From NCBI GenBank assembly GCA_029856145.1, contig JAHQWK010000002.1, positions 1 through 64,000 of the forward strand: DNA of 64,000 nucleotides, in the 5' to 3' direction. The position numbers and the translations under genes are program-made. A model generated the notes under the pieces. That model was not told where the DNA came from and did no database searches. It worked only from the letters and a program-made list of their open reading frames with translations. Below, one piece after another: positions 19,327 to 29,465 of the stretch (positions are counted from its first letter, which is position 1; each line of letters begins with the position of its first letter). Origin of the DNA: Promethearchaeia archaeon. GTDB lineage: Archaea; Asgardarchaeota; Lokiarchaeia; Sigyniarchaeales; SOKP01.

Positions 19327-19725
19327 TTATACCCTACGACCTCTATGGCCTCCCTTTCTACGGCAATGGTCATGCGATTTGGGAGTTACTTCTTCAATTC
19401 TTCCTACTTGTAACCCTGTTCGAGCTAAAGCACGTATACAAGCTTGTGCTCCTGGTCCAGGAGTCTGAGATTTGTTTCCTCCTGGTGCTCTCACTTTAAT
19501 GTGTATTCCTCTAATTCCTTTATCCCGAAGATCATTCGCTACTCGGAATCCTGCCTGCATTCCTGCGTAAGGATTAGACTCATCTCGATCTGCTTTAACT
19601 ACCATACCACCGGAGCATTTTGCGAATGTTTCCGCTCCGCTAAGATCTGTGGCTGTAACAATCGTGTTATTGTAAGAACTGAATATATGAACGATTGCCC
19701 ATTTAGTTTCTTCTTTTTTACTCAT
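19327..19725 (-). CDS. rps11: 30S ribosomal protein uS11
   Basis: [37 protein letters not shown]. Confidence 0.98.
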   Translation of the reverse strand: MSKKEETKWAIVHIFSSYNNTIVTATDLSGAETFAKCSGGMVVKADRDESNPYAGMQAGFRVANDLRDKGIRGIHIKVRAPGGNKSQTPGPGAQACIRALARTGLQVGRIEEVTPKSHDHCRRKGGHRGRRV

Positions 19726-19738
19726 TATTTAACCCTAC

Positions 19739-20242
19739 TTAACTTTTTTCTTTAATTGCCGATAAAGGACTTTTCGGAGCAAAACTGATAAGATCTTCTT
19801 CCTCCCTTTTAACAATATAGGAAGGAGCATTTATTTTTTTTCCCTTTACTTGAATGTGTCCGTGAGTAATATATTGTCTTGCTTGATAAATGGTACTTGC
19901 AAGTCCTTTTTCATAGACAAAGGTTTGGAGTCTTCTTTTTAAAATATCTTCTGTTGTAAGAAGAAGAACATCTTCAAACTCTGCTTCTGAGCCAATAATA
20001 CCTAGTCGATTTAATTTCTGAATTAAAGTCTGCTGAGCTTCCACAGCACGTTCTTTAGATAACGCTCTAGATTGTCGAGCAATATGACGCCAATTCCCTA
20101 AAATAGTACGCATTTTCCAGTATTCTCGCTTATTTCTTAGCCCATATTTACCGAGGAACTCGAGTTCTTCCATTATTCGTTCTTTTTGAAATGGATGTTT
20201 TGGTTTTTTAAATTTTTTCTTTAAACGTCTTGGATCTCCCAT
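19739..20242 (-). CDS. rps4: 30S ribosomal protein uS4
   Basis: MGDPRR, YGLRNKRE, RRLQT, ARQYITHGHI. Confidence 0.98.
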   Translation of the reverse strand: MGDPRRLKKKFKKPKHPFQKERIMEELEFLGKYGLRNKREYWKMRTILGNWRHIARQSRALSKERAVEAQQTLIQKLNRLGIIGSEAEFEDVLLLTTEDILKRRLQTFVYEKGLASTIYQARQYITHGHIQVKGKKINAPSYIVKREEEDLISFAPKSPLSAIKEKS

Positions 20243-20262
20243 ATTCTCACCTTAATTTCTTT

Positions 20263-20751
20263 TTACGTTTGGTCCCGTTTTCTTCTTCTCATGACACCCA
20301 CAACTAAACCATGACGGCCGGTACTTTTTGTTCGTTGACCACGGACTTTTAATTTTAAGTGATGTCGGACCCCTTTATAACTTTTGATTTTTTTCATTCT
20401 ATCGACGTCTCTTCTGACAGTTATCTCCAGCTTATTTCCAATAACATGAAGATCCTCACCAGTACGTAAATCTTTTGGTCTGTTTACCATCCAATTTGGA
20501 ATACCATTTTCAATTGGATTTAAGATTATTTCTTCAATTTTGTTTAGATCTTTTTCAGCAACTGCTCCTATCCTTAGATTTGGATCTATTTTTGCCACTC
20601 TAATAATAGCTTGGGCGAATCTTCTACCTATGCCTCTAATTTGTGTTAAACCATGTTCAACTTTAGCATTTCCATCTACTTGTGTTCTTAGTTTACGAAA
20701 AAACAGCTTTTCACGGAAATTTTTTGGGCGAATAGCGGATAAAGAACTCAT
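20263..20751 (-). CDS. rps13: 30S ribosomal protein uS13
   Basis: LTQIRGIGRRFA, IPNWMVNR, SYKGVRH, VRGQRTKSTGR. Confidence 0.98.
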   Translation of the reverse strand: MSSLSAIRPKNFREKLFFRKLRTQVDGNAKVEHGLTQIRGIGRRFAQAIIRVAKIDPNLRIGAVAEKDLNKIEEIILNPIENGIPNWMVNRPKDLRTGEDLHVIGNKLEITVRRDVDRMKKIKSYKGVRHHLKLKVRGQRTKSTGRHGLVVGVMRRRKRDQT

Positions 20752-20882
20752 ACGAACTCATTCAATTAATTTAATGTATTCTATTTTGATTTAATGTTAG
20801 TAAATACAGAATTTAATATTAAATTTTTGGTTTTACTTAAGAATAAGTTAGAGGATTCATAAATTTCTTAAAACTTAAAAGT

Positions 20883-22376
20883 CTAATAATTTGGAACTCT
20901 CTTATTTTCTTCTAATTTTGAATTTATATGTTTCTTACTCTTAGTTTTTTTGGAATTAGCAATTTTTTCTAATAGAGGTAAACCGGGTTTTACATCTCCA
21001 ATTGGTTTAGACTCAATTAGTTTGCTTTTAATTAACTCATTATATAATTCTTTTCCTTTTTCAGTCCTAATAAGCACTGTGTTCCATCCTGAAGGAGATC
21101 CTATAGATCCAATTGATATATCTGCTGACTCAGAAGTTAAATCATAACAAATTTCACAGTCTTCTCGAGCTAAGTGCGAAATTTCTTTAATTGGGATATT
21201 TAGTTCGTCTCCTTTTTTGGTATAAACAAAGAATTTCCCTTTATTGATGTCCATCTTTTTCGCATTGTTAATGTCAATATCTAGTTTCTTACAAATATTT
21301 AAAAGAGATTCATACGAAAAAGATTCCATACAAAAGATACCAATTCGATATTCTATATTATTTAATGAGGAAAATCCGATATCATATATCTTTGATTTCA
21401 GAAGAGCCTGCATTTGGCATGGTACACCTACAACCGCGATTTTTTTTCCAGTAAGCTCGTTTTCATTTAATAATTGTAAGTTAGGATTGTTCACGTATTT
21501 AGTACCTGCTGAGAGGAGGATATCTTCCTTGTTTTTAATTAAAAAAGGTTCAGGTCGCCATAAAGTATTGCTCATTTTAGCTCCAATAGCCAAATCTATT
21601 TTGTTTTTTTCCAAAAGATAGTGTATACAAGTGCTTGAAATACCTCCATCTTGACATATCTCAGAAATCTCTTTTATTTTAGTTCTCGCTGAATATGCTT
21701 CAATATAATATCCAATTTTAGTAGAATCTTTAATTTCAGAGGCATTCTCTTGTACCATATTTAAAACTTTAACAGGTAAATAAGATCTAGGACAAACAAA
21801 ATAGCATAATCCGCATCGAATACACTTATCTTCATCAATTTTGCCAAAACCATTATAAATTCGAAGACAATTTACGGGGCAGATTCCCGCACACAGTCCA
21901 CAACCTGAACAATTTTTAGATTCAAATATGACCTTTACAGGTTCATAAATAGTTTTGAGTTTTGAAATTTCTCCTTCATAAACTTTGATTGAAAAGTCTT
22001 TAAAGATGAGTTTTTCGGGATTATTTTCATCTCCTTCAAGTTTATCATATATCTCTTCTGCAATTATAAGTTTTTCATTTTTAAGAAGTTCCAATAAGCT
22101 CAATGTTTTATTTAAATCAATGGAGCTTATTTCAGAAAATTGATTTAAGGTTTTTAGATTATTTTCAGAATTATTTTTTAAAAAATTAAATAAAGTGTAT
22201 TTTAATTTCTCTTCATCTAACATTTTATAAAGGATACTATCATACTGTGATTCACTATAGATTCCAGCTTCTAAAATGTCACGCTTAGCATCAATTAGCG
22301 CTCGAATTCTATATGAATCTAAGGCATCTGCTAGATTTTTTAAATATTCCCATGAAAGATTTTTTTCAAGACTCAT
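20883..22376 (-). CDS. F420-binding FrhB/FdhB-family protein with a 2x[4Fe-4S] domain and a ~145-aa N-terminal extension
   Basis: CSGCGLCAGICP and CIRCGLCYFVCP; QDGG, SAGTKY, VGVPCQ, GIFCMESF, CEICYD, ADISIGSIGSP.GW. Confidence 0.88.
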   Translation of the reverse strand: MSLEKNLSWEYLKNLADALDSYRIRALIDAKRDILEAGIYSESQYDSILYKMLDEEKLKYTLFNFLKNNSENNLKTLNQFSEISSIDLNKTLSLLELLKNEKLIIAEEIYDKLEGDENNPEKLIFKDFSIKVYEGEISKLKTIYEPVKVIFESKNCSGCGLCAGICPVNCLRIYNGFGKIDEDKCIRCGLCYFVCPRSYLPVKVLNMVQENASEIKDSTKIGYYIEAYSARTKIKEISEICQDGGISSTCIHYLLEKNKIDLAIGAKMSNTLWRPEPFLIKNKEDILLSAGTKYVNNPNLQLLNENELTGKKIAVVGVPCQMQALLKSKIYDIGFSSLNNIEYRIGIFCMESFSYESLLNICKKLDIDINNAKKMDINKGKFFVYTKKGDELNIPIKEISHLAREDCEICYDLTSESADISIGSIGSPSGWNTVLIRTEKGKELYNELIKSKLIESKPIGDVKPGLPLLEKIANSKKTKSKKHINSKLEENKRVPNY

Positions 22377-22399
22377 AATTATACTTAATACTTTTTAAA

Positions 22400-22470
22400 T
22401 TCAAATTTTTCCGAAAACCCGGGCCTCGGGTTAGTTTCTCTTCAACTAAAATTTTTTTGAAAAGATCATT
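22400..22470 (-). promoter_or_regulatory. Candidate SECIS element in the 3' UTR of mvhD
   Basis: Only GC-rich stretch in the spacer. The minus strand reads AAAUUUUAGU-UGAA-GAGAAACU-AA-CCCGAGGCCC-GGGUUUUC-GGAA-AAAUUU, giving an outer AU helix, UGA/GA core, upper helix and unpaired AA. It sits directly after two UGA-containing genes. Confidence 0.65.
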
Positions 22471-22899
22471 CTATTTCGGATTATATTTTGGTAAGGGAGG
22501 GAGGGCATGAATTCTGGATGAAATATCTTCAACTGATTTTATAAACTTTTCAACTTCTGCTGCTGAACAGAAATATTGCTGAATTCTTTCCTCAGAAATA
22601 CCTTCATGTTTTAACAATTTCTTTAAAGTGAGAACATGTTCGTATGTATTAATATTACCATTCCCAAATTCACATTCTCCTTCTTTTCAAGAAATTATTG
22701 CAACACCATCAGCACCGTTTAAAAAAGCTTCCATAATTAAATGAAGTCCTATTCGCCCAGTGCATCTCACTCGAATGAGATGAAAGTCTGTTGAATATGA
22801 TTTTCTTGTAACTCCTGTTAAATCTGCTACCGAATAACCTCACTTATCACAGCCAAAGGCTATAATTCTCCTTGAAATATCATTTTTTTTATTGGACAT
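22471..22899 (-). CDS. mvhD: MvhD/VhuD [2Fe-2S] subunit, selenoprotein (142 aa; UGA at codons 20 and 71), not in ORF track
   Basis: Hand translation MSNKKNDISRRIIAFGCDK-U-GYSVADLTG...IRVRCTGR...AFLNGADGVAIIS-U-KEGECEFGNGN...ERIQQYFCSAAE...PK*; TGA at 22840-22842 and 22687-22689 fall at conserved MvhD Cys positions. Confidence 0.93.
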
Positions 22900-22911
22900 T
22901 ATTTTTTACCT

Positions 22912-24924
22912 CTAATCTGTCGATTCTTCAATACTTTTGGGTGATAGTTCTATTAATTCTACTTCACTGCATCCGATACCTTTAATTTCTTGAGTAAACT
23001 GTCTATCACGGTAATATTTTAAGTCAATAGCTCTTGCCGGACAAGATGATATGCATACGCCACATCCTTTACATTTTAAATCATCTACTTCGGCAATTTC
23101 ATTCTCATTTACCTTTATCGCTTCATAAGAGCAGAGCTTTTCGCATCTATGGCATCCCATACAAAGATTCCCATCTACTTCAGCAATAATTAATTCTTGT
23201 TTAATAGTATCATGAGATAAAAGAGTTGATACTTTACTCGCAGCCGCCAAAGCAGAAGATACTGAATAAGGAATATTTTTTGGACCTGCAGCACATCCAG
23301 CAATGTATATTCCCATATCTTTTGTTTCTTGTGGGTATAAACATCCATGAATTTCAGAGAGGAAACCTCCTGGACCTTTGCTTAATCCCATTACATCTAT
23401 CATTTCTTCAGTTCCTTTTGAAGGAATCATTCCTGTTGATAAAACAACTAAATCAGCATCTATTTTTACAATTTCTCCAGTTAAAGATGAGTATGCTCTA
23501 ACTTTTAACTTATTTGTTTTATTGTCTTCTATAATTTCACCCACTTTTCCTCTAATCATTCGAATACCCGATTCTCTTATTTTTCTATAGTATTCTTCAT
23601 TGCCCTTATCTGTTGTTCGAATATCGATATAGAATATAATAACATCCATTTCTGGATATTCTTGCCTTAATAATTGAGCATTTTTAAGCGCTACGCTACA
23701 GCAAACAAAAGAGCAATAAGGATTGGCATTTATATCTCTAGATCCGACACATTGAATCATTACAACAGTTTTTGGTGTTTCTCCGTTGGAAACTCGATAA
23801 ACGTGCCCTCCAGTAGGTCCTATAGGACTTAATATTCGCTCTAACTCTATTTGTGTAATTACATCAGGATAATATCCATAATTATATTCATTGGTCTCCC
23901 ATATTGGATATTCATCCCACCCTGTAGCAATAATTACCGCACCAACCTTTACATCTATATACTCTGTCTCTTGTTCAAAATTAATTGCTTCTGCAGGACA
24001 TATTCGTTCACAATTTTTACAATCAATACATACACTTCTATCCATAACAGCTAATTTGGGTACCGCTTGAGGAAAGGGGATATAGATAGCACATCTTTCA
24101 CCAATACCCCTATCAAATTCGCTAGGAACTTTAATAGGACAATTTGTTGTACATAATCCACATCCCGTACATTTTCTTTCATCTACATAACGGGGGTTTT
24201 TACGAATCTTAACATTGTAATCCCCAGGAATACCACTAAATTCCACAACATCACTATATGTAAATAAATTTATATTTGGGTGTTTTGATGCATTTACCAT
24301 TATAGGTGCTAGAACTCATATTCCACAATCATCTGTAGGGTAAATTCTATCTAGTTGTGCCATTTTTCCGCCAATTGTAGCTTCTTTCTCAACCAAATAC
24401 ACGGGAATTCCTTGATTGGCTAGGTCTAAAGCAGCGTTCATACCAGCAATACCCGCACCGATAACTAAAACCGCTTTTTCTACAGGTATTTCTTTTCGAG
24501 GGATAATTTCTAATTCTCGTGCACGATTAATTCCTGCTTTAACCAATCTTATAGCTTTCTCGGTTGCTTTTTTCTTATCATCTCTGTGGACAAAACTACA
24601 GTGTTCTCGTAAATTGACCATTTGAAAATAATAGGGACTTAAACCCGCTTCAATTAAAACTGCTCGATAGGTAGATTCATGAATTGCAGGCGTACATGCG
24701 GCAACTACTACTCTATTTAGATCTTGTTCCAAAATATCATTTCTAATTGTATTTTGTCCTGGATCTGAACACGTAAACGAGTTAACTTTGGAAATGACTA
24801 CATTTGGTAAGTTTTCTATTGCGTCTTTAACTGCATCACAATCAACAGAAGCTTTAATATTCACTCCTCACTCGCATACATAAACTCCAATTCTAGGTTC
24901 ATCCATGGTCTGTTTATCAGACAT
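22912..24924 (-). CDS. hdrA: Heterodisulfide reductase subunit A, selenoprotein (670 aa; UGA at codons 19 and 203)
   Basis: One continuous frame from ATG 24924 (GGTGA RBS): RIGVYVCE-U-GVNI (TGA 24868-24870) and PTDDCGI-U-VLAP (TGA 24316-24318); GAGIAG FAD motif, QCVGSRD, YCSFVCC and ferredoxin motifs; joins two ORF-track fragments. Confidence 0.95.
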
Positions 24925-25153
24925 TTTTTTCACCTTTTTGTAAAGTATCACCACAATTTTTTGTTAATTTGAAATTTTGCACTAAATTTTATTGAGTTTT
25001 GAAATTAATGAAATAATTTATTTTTTCTGATTAGACTTCAATAAGTGGTATTAATTATTTTCTTTTATTTTATCCCTTAATCATTTAATTTTCAATTAAT
25101 CCTTTATAGGACTTCTCGTGAATTTTTTATTGAAAAAATAATTACTTATTAAT

Positions 25154-25339
25154 ATGTCAGAGGAAGAAGAAAAAAAGAAAGAAGATTATGCAAAAGAGTT
25201 TATGGCAGAAGAAGGTTTAAAAGGAAAAGCAAGAAGAATTAAAATAATAAAGATTATTGATATGGTGGGTTATGATAAAAGGAAAATTAAAACGGCATTA
25301 GCTCGTTCCACTATAACTGATAGGATTCAGCATGAATAA
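25154..25339 (+). CDS. Small hypothetical protein
   Basis: 61-aa ATG-started ORF, charged and helical. Confidence 0.6.
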   Translation: MSEEEEKKKEDYAKEFMAEEGLKGKARRIKIIKIIDMVGYDKRKIKTALARSTITDRIQHE

Positions 25340-25445
25340 TATCAATTTTTATAAAAATATTTTTGAATCAACTTCACATTTTAATAAAATAATATTTTAT
25401 AAATCTTATATTACAATTTCCAAGATAAATTAAAGGAGCTAAATT

Positions 25446-26735
25446 TTGCTTGATATTGAACTATTCAGAAAAAATATCGATAAAATAATTAAGTCGGAGA
25501 AAAAAAGATTTAAAGATACTTCAATTGCAGAAAGAGTATTAGAATATGATAAAAAGTGGAGACGAAATTTACAAGAATTACAAGATTTAAGGAAAGAAAG
25601 AAATGAAATTTCAATTAAAATTGGAGAATTTAAAAAATCTGGCGATAATAAGAAAGCCGAACAATCAATAGCTAATTCAAAAAGAATAAAAGATAAAATT
25701 GATGAATTAGAAAAACTGAAAATTGAATATTTAGAACAGCGAGAAAAATTTCGATATATGATTGGAAATATATTACATGAATCTGTTCCCATAGGCGAAA
25801 CTGAAGAAAAAAATGAAATTTTAAGAACTATTGGGAGTTTACCAAAATTTAATTTTAAACCACTTTCTCATGTTGATTTAATCTCTAAAATTGGTGGAGT
25901 AGATACAAAAAAGGCTTCAGAAATAGTTGGATCAAGGTTTTATTACTTAAAAGGAGATTTAGTACTTCTTAATTTAGCTCTTTTGAAATTTGCTTTAGAT
26001 AAATTAATAAGTAAAAATTATACCCCTATGTGGACTCCCTTTTTTATTAAGCATGAAGTAATGAAAGCTGCGGCAGAATTGACAGATTTTGAAGAACAAT
26101 TATATAAAATTCAGGATGAAGACTTATATATGATTGCTACTTCCGAACAGACATTAGCAGCTTATCACTACAATGAAATAATTGACCCCGAGAAATTACC
26201 ATTGAAGTACGCTGGAATTTCATCATGTTTTAGGAGAGAAGCTGGATCACATGGAAAAGATACCCTAGGAATATTCAGAGTTCATCAATTTGAAAAAGTT
26301 GAACAATTTATTTTCAGTAAACCAGAAGAATCATGGATATATTTTGAAGAATTAATTAGTAATGCTGAAGATTTGTATAAAGAATTAAAAATTCCATATA
26401 GAATAGCAAACATAGCTTCTGGAGAAATAAATGATAATGCAGCTAAAAAATACGATTTAGAAGCATGGTTCCCGGCTTCAGAGACATATCTTGAATTAAT
26501 ATCATGTAGCAATTGTTTAGATTATCAAGCAAGGAAATTAAAAATACGGATGGGAAAAGTTGGTTCACAGCAAGCGAAAGAAGTATTACATACTTTAAAT
26601 TCAACAGCAATAGCAACTGAACGTACAATTTGTTGCATTCTTGAAAATTATCAAAATAAAGACCATTCAATTACAATTCCAGAAGTACTTCAAAAATATA
26701 TGAATGGTAGAAAGATTATTAAAGCAATAAAATAA
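25446..26735 (+). CDS. serS: Seryl-tRNA synthetase
   Basis: N-terminal coiled coil, IATSEQ, FRREAGSHGKDT.GIFRVHQFEKVEQF, SCSNC.DYQAR, HTLNSTA. Confidence 0.97.
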   Translation: MLDIELFRKNIDKIIKSEKKRFKDTSIAERVLEYDKKWRRNLQELQDLRKERNEISIKIGEFKKSGDNKKAEQSIANSKRIKDKIDELEKLKIEYLEQREKFRYMIGNILHESVPIGETEEKNEILRTIGSLPKFNFKPLSHVDLISKIGGVDTKKASEIVGSRFYYLKGDLVLLNLALLKFALDKLISKNYTPMWTPFFIKHEVMKAAAELTDFEEQLYKIQDEDLYMIATSEQTLAAYHYNEIIDPEKLPLKYAGISSCFRREAGSHGKDTLGIFRVHQFEKVEQFIFSKPEESWIYFEELISNAEDLYKELKIPYRIANIASGEINDNAAKKYDLEAWFPASETYLELISCSNCLDYQARKLKIRMGKVGSQQAKEVLHTLNSTAIATERTICCILENYQNKDHSITIPEVLQKYMNGRKIIKAIK

Positions 26736-26751
26736 AACCTAGTAGGATAAA

Positions 26752-27984
26752 ATGATTGAAAAAGATCTTGAAGATTTTGAGGAAATCTATAAACAACGGG
26801 TAAATGCACAATTTTTTAAAATTAAAAAAGTTACCAAGAAATTAATCTTAGAGGTTAGAGAGAATTTAATTGAAATCAAAGTAAGTTTAGATCACTTCTT
26901 AGAAACTGGAAAGGATAAAATTGACCAAAAAGCTCAAAGATCATTGAATTTCTTTTCTGATCGTATTAGAAAAGAGATTAATGAGATTGAAATCCCTGAA
27001 GAAGAATTAAATTATGATAATATTAATGATGTAATAAATTCAATTAAGAAGCTATTTACTAGCATTAATGAAATTGCTAAAAAATCTTTACCAAAGTTTC
27101 ATAAAGAAGTACAAGCAGAAATTAAAGAGTTAAATTATATTACTCGAAAACTAGGGAAAAAACAAGCACAATTAGATGAATTCATGAGAAAAAAATATAC
27201 AGATGTCAAAAATGCAGAATATTTACTTAAGAAACTACCAAAGCTCTATCATCTTAAAGAAAATATTGAACATGCAAAAGTAGATTTGGATGAGTTTGAA
27301 AATGAGTTGGAGGAGCGGAATAGAAAGCAAGAGGATTTAAACTCAGAATTGGTAAAGATTGAAAAAAATGATCTATTTAAAGAATTAGAAGTTGAAAAAG
27401 ACAAAATATTTCAATTACAATTAAAAATTAATGATGAAATCGGATTTAAAAAAGCTTTAAAGAAATTAAAGTTTGAATTAGAAAAAAAATCCATTCACAT
27501 TTCAAATATTGATCTAAATTACATGAGGGATTTTCTCAAAAATCCAATAAAGATGTTAATTAATGAACGGAAAGATTTACCTAAATTTACAGCTCTTATG
27601 GTCCAATTACGTCATACGTTAGAAGAAAATAAATTAAATCTTAAAACTGAAACGAAAGAAAAAACTATTGACCAAATAAATGCAATTTTTGATGAAAAGA
27701 AACTACAGGCAAATATTGAAGAATACTTGCAAATAAGAGATAATATTAATGAAATAGAAAAAAAGATTGAGGATGCAGGATTAGCTCAGAAATTAGAAGA
27801 GGTAAAGAATCAAATTTCTTCGAATACTATAAAACTCGAGCGTGTCGAGGTAGATTTTAATCGAAAAAATAAAGATTATATTAGATACCTTAACGCTCTT
27901 AAAACCGAAAGAGAAGAATTCCAAAATTCAGTCGAAGAAATCTTAAATGAGAAAGTAAAAATAAATATAACATTTTCTTTCTAA
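26752..27984 (+). CDS. Long coiled-coil hypothetical protein
   Basis: 410 aa, E/K/L-rich heptads throughout. Confidence 0.75.
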   Translation: MIEKDLEDFEEIYKQRVNAQFFKIKKVTKKLILEVRENLIEIKVSLDHFLETGKDKIDQKAQRSLNFFSDRIRKEINEIEIPEEELNYDNINDVINSIKKLFTSINEIAKKSLPKFHKEVQAEIKELNYITRKLGKKQAQLDEFMRKKYTDVKNAEYLLKKLPKLYHLKENIEHAKVDLDEFENELEERNRKQEDLNSELVKIEKNDLFKELEVEKDKIFQLQLKINDEIGFKKALKKLKFELEKKSIHISNIDLNYMRDFLKNPIKMLINERKDLPKFTALMVQLRHTLEENKLNLKTETKEKTIDQINAIFDEKKLQANIEEYLQIRDNINEIEKKIEDAGLAQKLEEVKNQISSNTIKLERVEVDFNRKNKDYIRYLNALKTEREEFQNSVEEILNEKVKINITFSF

Positions 27985-27988
27985 AATA

Positions 27989-28720
27989 TTACTTTCTTCT
28001 TGTAATTTTAAAGCTTCGATTATTATTGGCGTCAATTTTTTTGAGAGTTAATTTTAAATTATTTTGTAAGAATCTAAAAACATCAGTATCCATTAAATTA
28101 AAGACTTTTAAGTACTCATATCCTAAAACTAAATCTTGCTTAATATCTATATCGAATCCCGCTCTAAAGGAATCATAAAGAGCTATTTTATCTATCCCTT
28201 TCTTAGAAGCATTACTAAGCAAGGCAACTAAAGAAGGTATTTTTGGATCTGAAAAATAAGATGAAATGATATCAGGAGGTTTCCGTCCAAAAATAGAAAT
28301 ACCAGCAGAATGGATTGCAGGACAAATAACTAATTGATTCTCTCGGATTAATTGATTAATTTCATAGAAATTTTTTGATGACACTAATATCAAATCCAAA
28401 AATGAAAACACCGTTTGCTTCGCATCAAACTTTTTAATAGCTATATTGTTAATATCTTCTATAACTTCATCAAATGATTTAGGGGGGGATGTTAATTCCT
28501 CTTTGATCCCAATTAAATCATAATCTTTAGCAAGTTCTAATATCTCAGGAGTATTGCAATATACTATCTTTTGATCGAAACAAGTTACATCTGTTAACGT
28601 CTTTCCAAGATCTTTGAACATAGCAATTGTCAATTCTTTAAGCTGTTTATTGGAAAAACAATCTTTCAATCGACTTTTTGTTCTTGTGAGGGGGGCAACA
28701 GGAATTAGTAAAATACTCAT
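27989..28720 (-). CDS. cofC: CofC-like 2-phospho-L-lactate/PEP guanylyltransferase (F420 biosynthesis)
   Basis: ILLIPV..L..TKSRL, AMFKD, DL, FDID...DL pattern. Confidence 0.72.
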   Translation of the reverse strand: MSILLIPVAPLTRTKSRLKDCFSNKQLKELTIAMFKDLGKTLTDVTCFDQKIVYCNTPEILELAKDYDLIGIKEELTSPPKSFDEVIEDINNIAIKKFDAKQTVFSFLDLILVSSKNFYEINQLIRENQLVICPAIHSAGISIFGRKPPDIISSYFSDPKIPSLVALLSNASKKGIDKIALYDSFRAGFDIDIKQDLVLGYEYLKVFNLMDTDVFRFLQNNLKLTLKKIDANNNRSFKITRRK

Positions 28721-28807
28721 AATATATGTTTATTTAACCTCGAAACCAAAATATAGTGTAGGTATTATTGTCAAAAATGAGTTTTAAAATTTAAGATTAT
28801 TTAGATT

Positions 28808-29365
28808 TTATTTAAAAGTGTTTAAAATCTGAACTGATAAACTCTCGAAGGCTTCATCTACATTCTTATTTAATTTTGCGGAGGTCTCAAAATATTTTAC
28901 TCCAAGACTTTTTAATTTATTTTCAATCACTTCTTTATTAACTTTTCTTTCTAAATCTGTTTTATTTCCCACTATAATGTATGGCACATCTCCACTTAAT
29001 TCTTTTAGTTTTTCGATCCAAAAATCAATTTGTTCAAAGGAAGTAACTTTTTCTAAGGAAAAAATAACCATCGCTCCAACTGCTTGAACAAAATAATATT
29101 CATTAGCCCAAAGTTTATCTGTTTGCCCTCCAATATCCCAAAAGTAAAGCTTAAAACCTTTATCTTTAATATCTTTCTTTAATTTTGGGTTTTTTATATC
29201 CAATTGATCTAAAATCTTAGTCAAATCAATTTCTTTTATTAGAAAATTAGCTCCTATGGTTTGATGATATTCTTCACTAAATTGACCATCAACATATTGA
29301 GCTAATAGACTAGTTTTACCAACACCGGCGTCTCCGAGTAATATAACCTTTCCACGATAAGACAT
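28808..29365 (-). CDS. Rab/Ras-like small GTPase
   Basis: GDAGVGKT, TIGANF, WDIGGQ, GNKTD, ETSAK. Confidence 0.95.
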   Translation of the reverse strand: MSYRGKVILLGDAGVGKTSLLAQYVDGQFSEEYHQTIGANFLIKEIDLTKILDQLDIKNPKLKKDIKDKGFKLYFWDIGGQTDKLWANEYYFVQAVGAMVIFSLEKVTSFEQIDFWIEKLKELSGDVPYIIVGNKTDLERKVNKEVIENKLKSLGVKYFETSAKLNKNVDEAFESLSVQILNTFK

Positions 29366-29465
29366 AATGCTTTTCCCCTATTTACTTGAAAATGTTAAAT
29401 AATTATGTTTTTGACTTTAAATTATATATTTTATTAATTATTTATTTTTAATTAAATTAAAAAAT

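Noticed and set aside
22912-24864. hdrA as two genes or a pseudogene (ORF track 22912-24300 and 24316-24864)
   Set aside because: Both pieces are in one frame, separated only by a TGA at a conserved Cys position; the same pattern occurs four times in the operon
25446-26735. serS as part of a selenocysteine gene cluster
   Set aside because: It is on the opposite strand, separated by another ORF, and no other Sec machinery is nearby; adjacency may be chance
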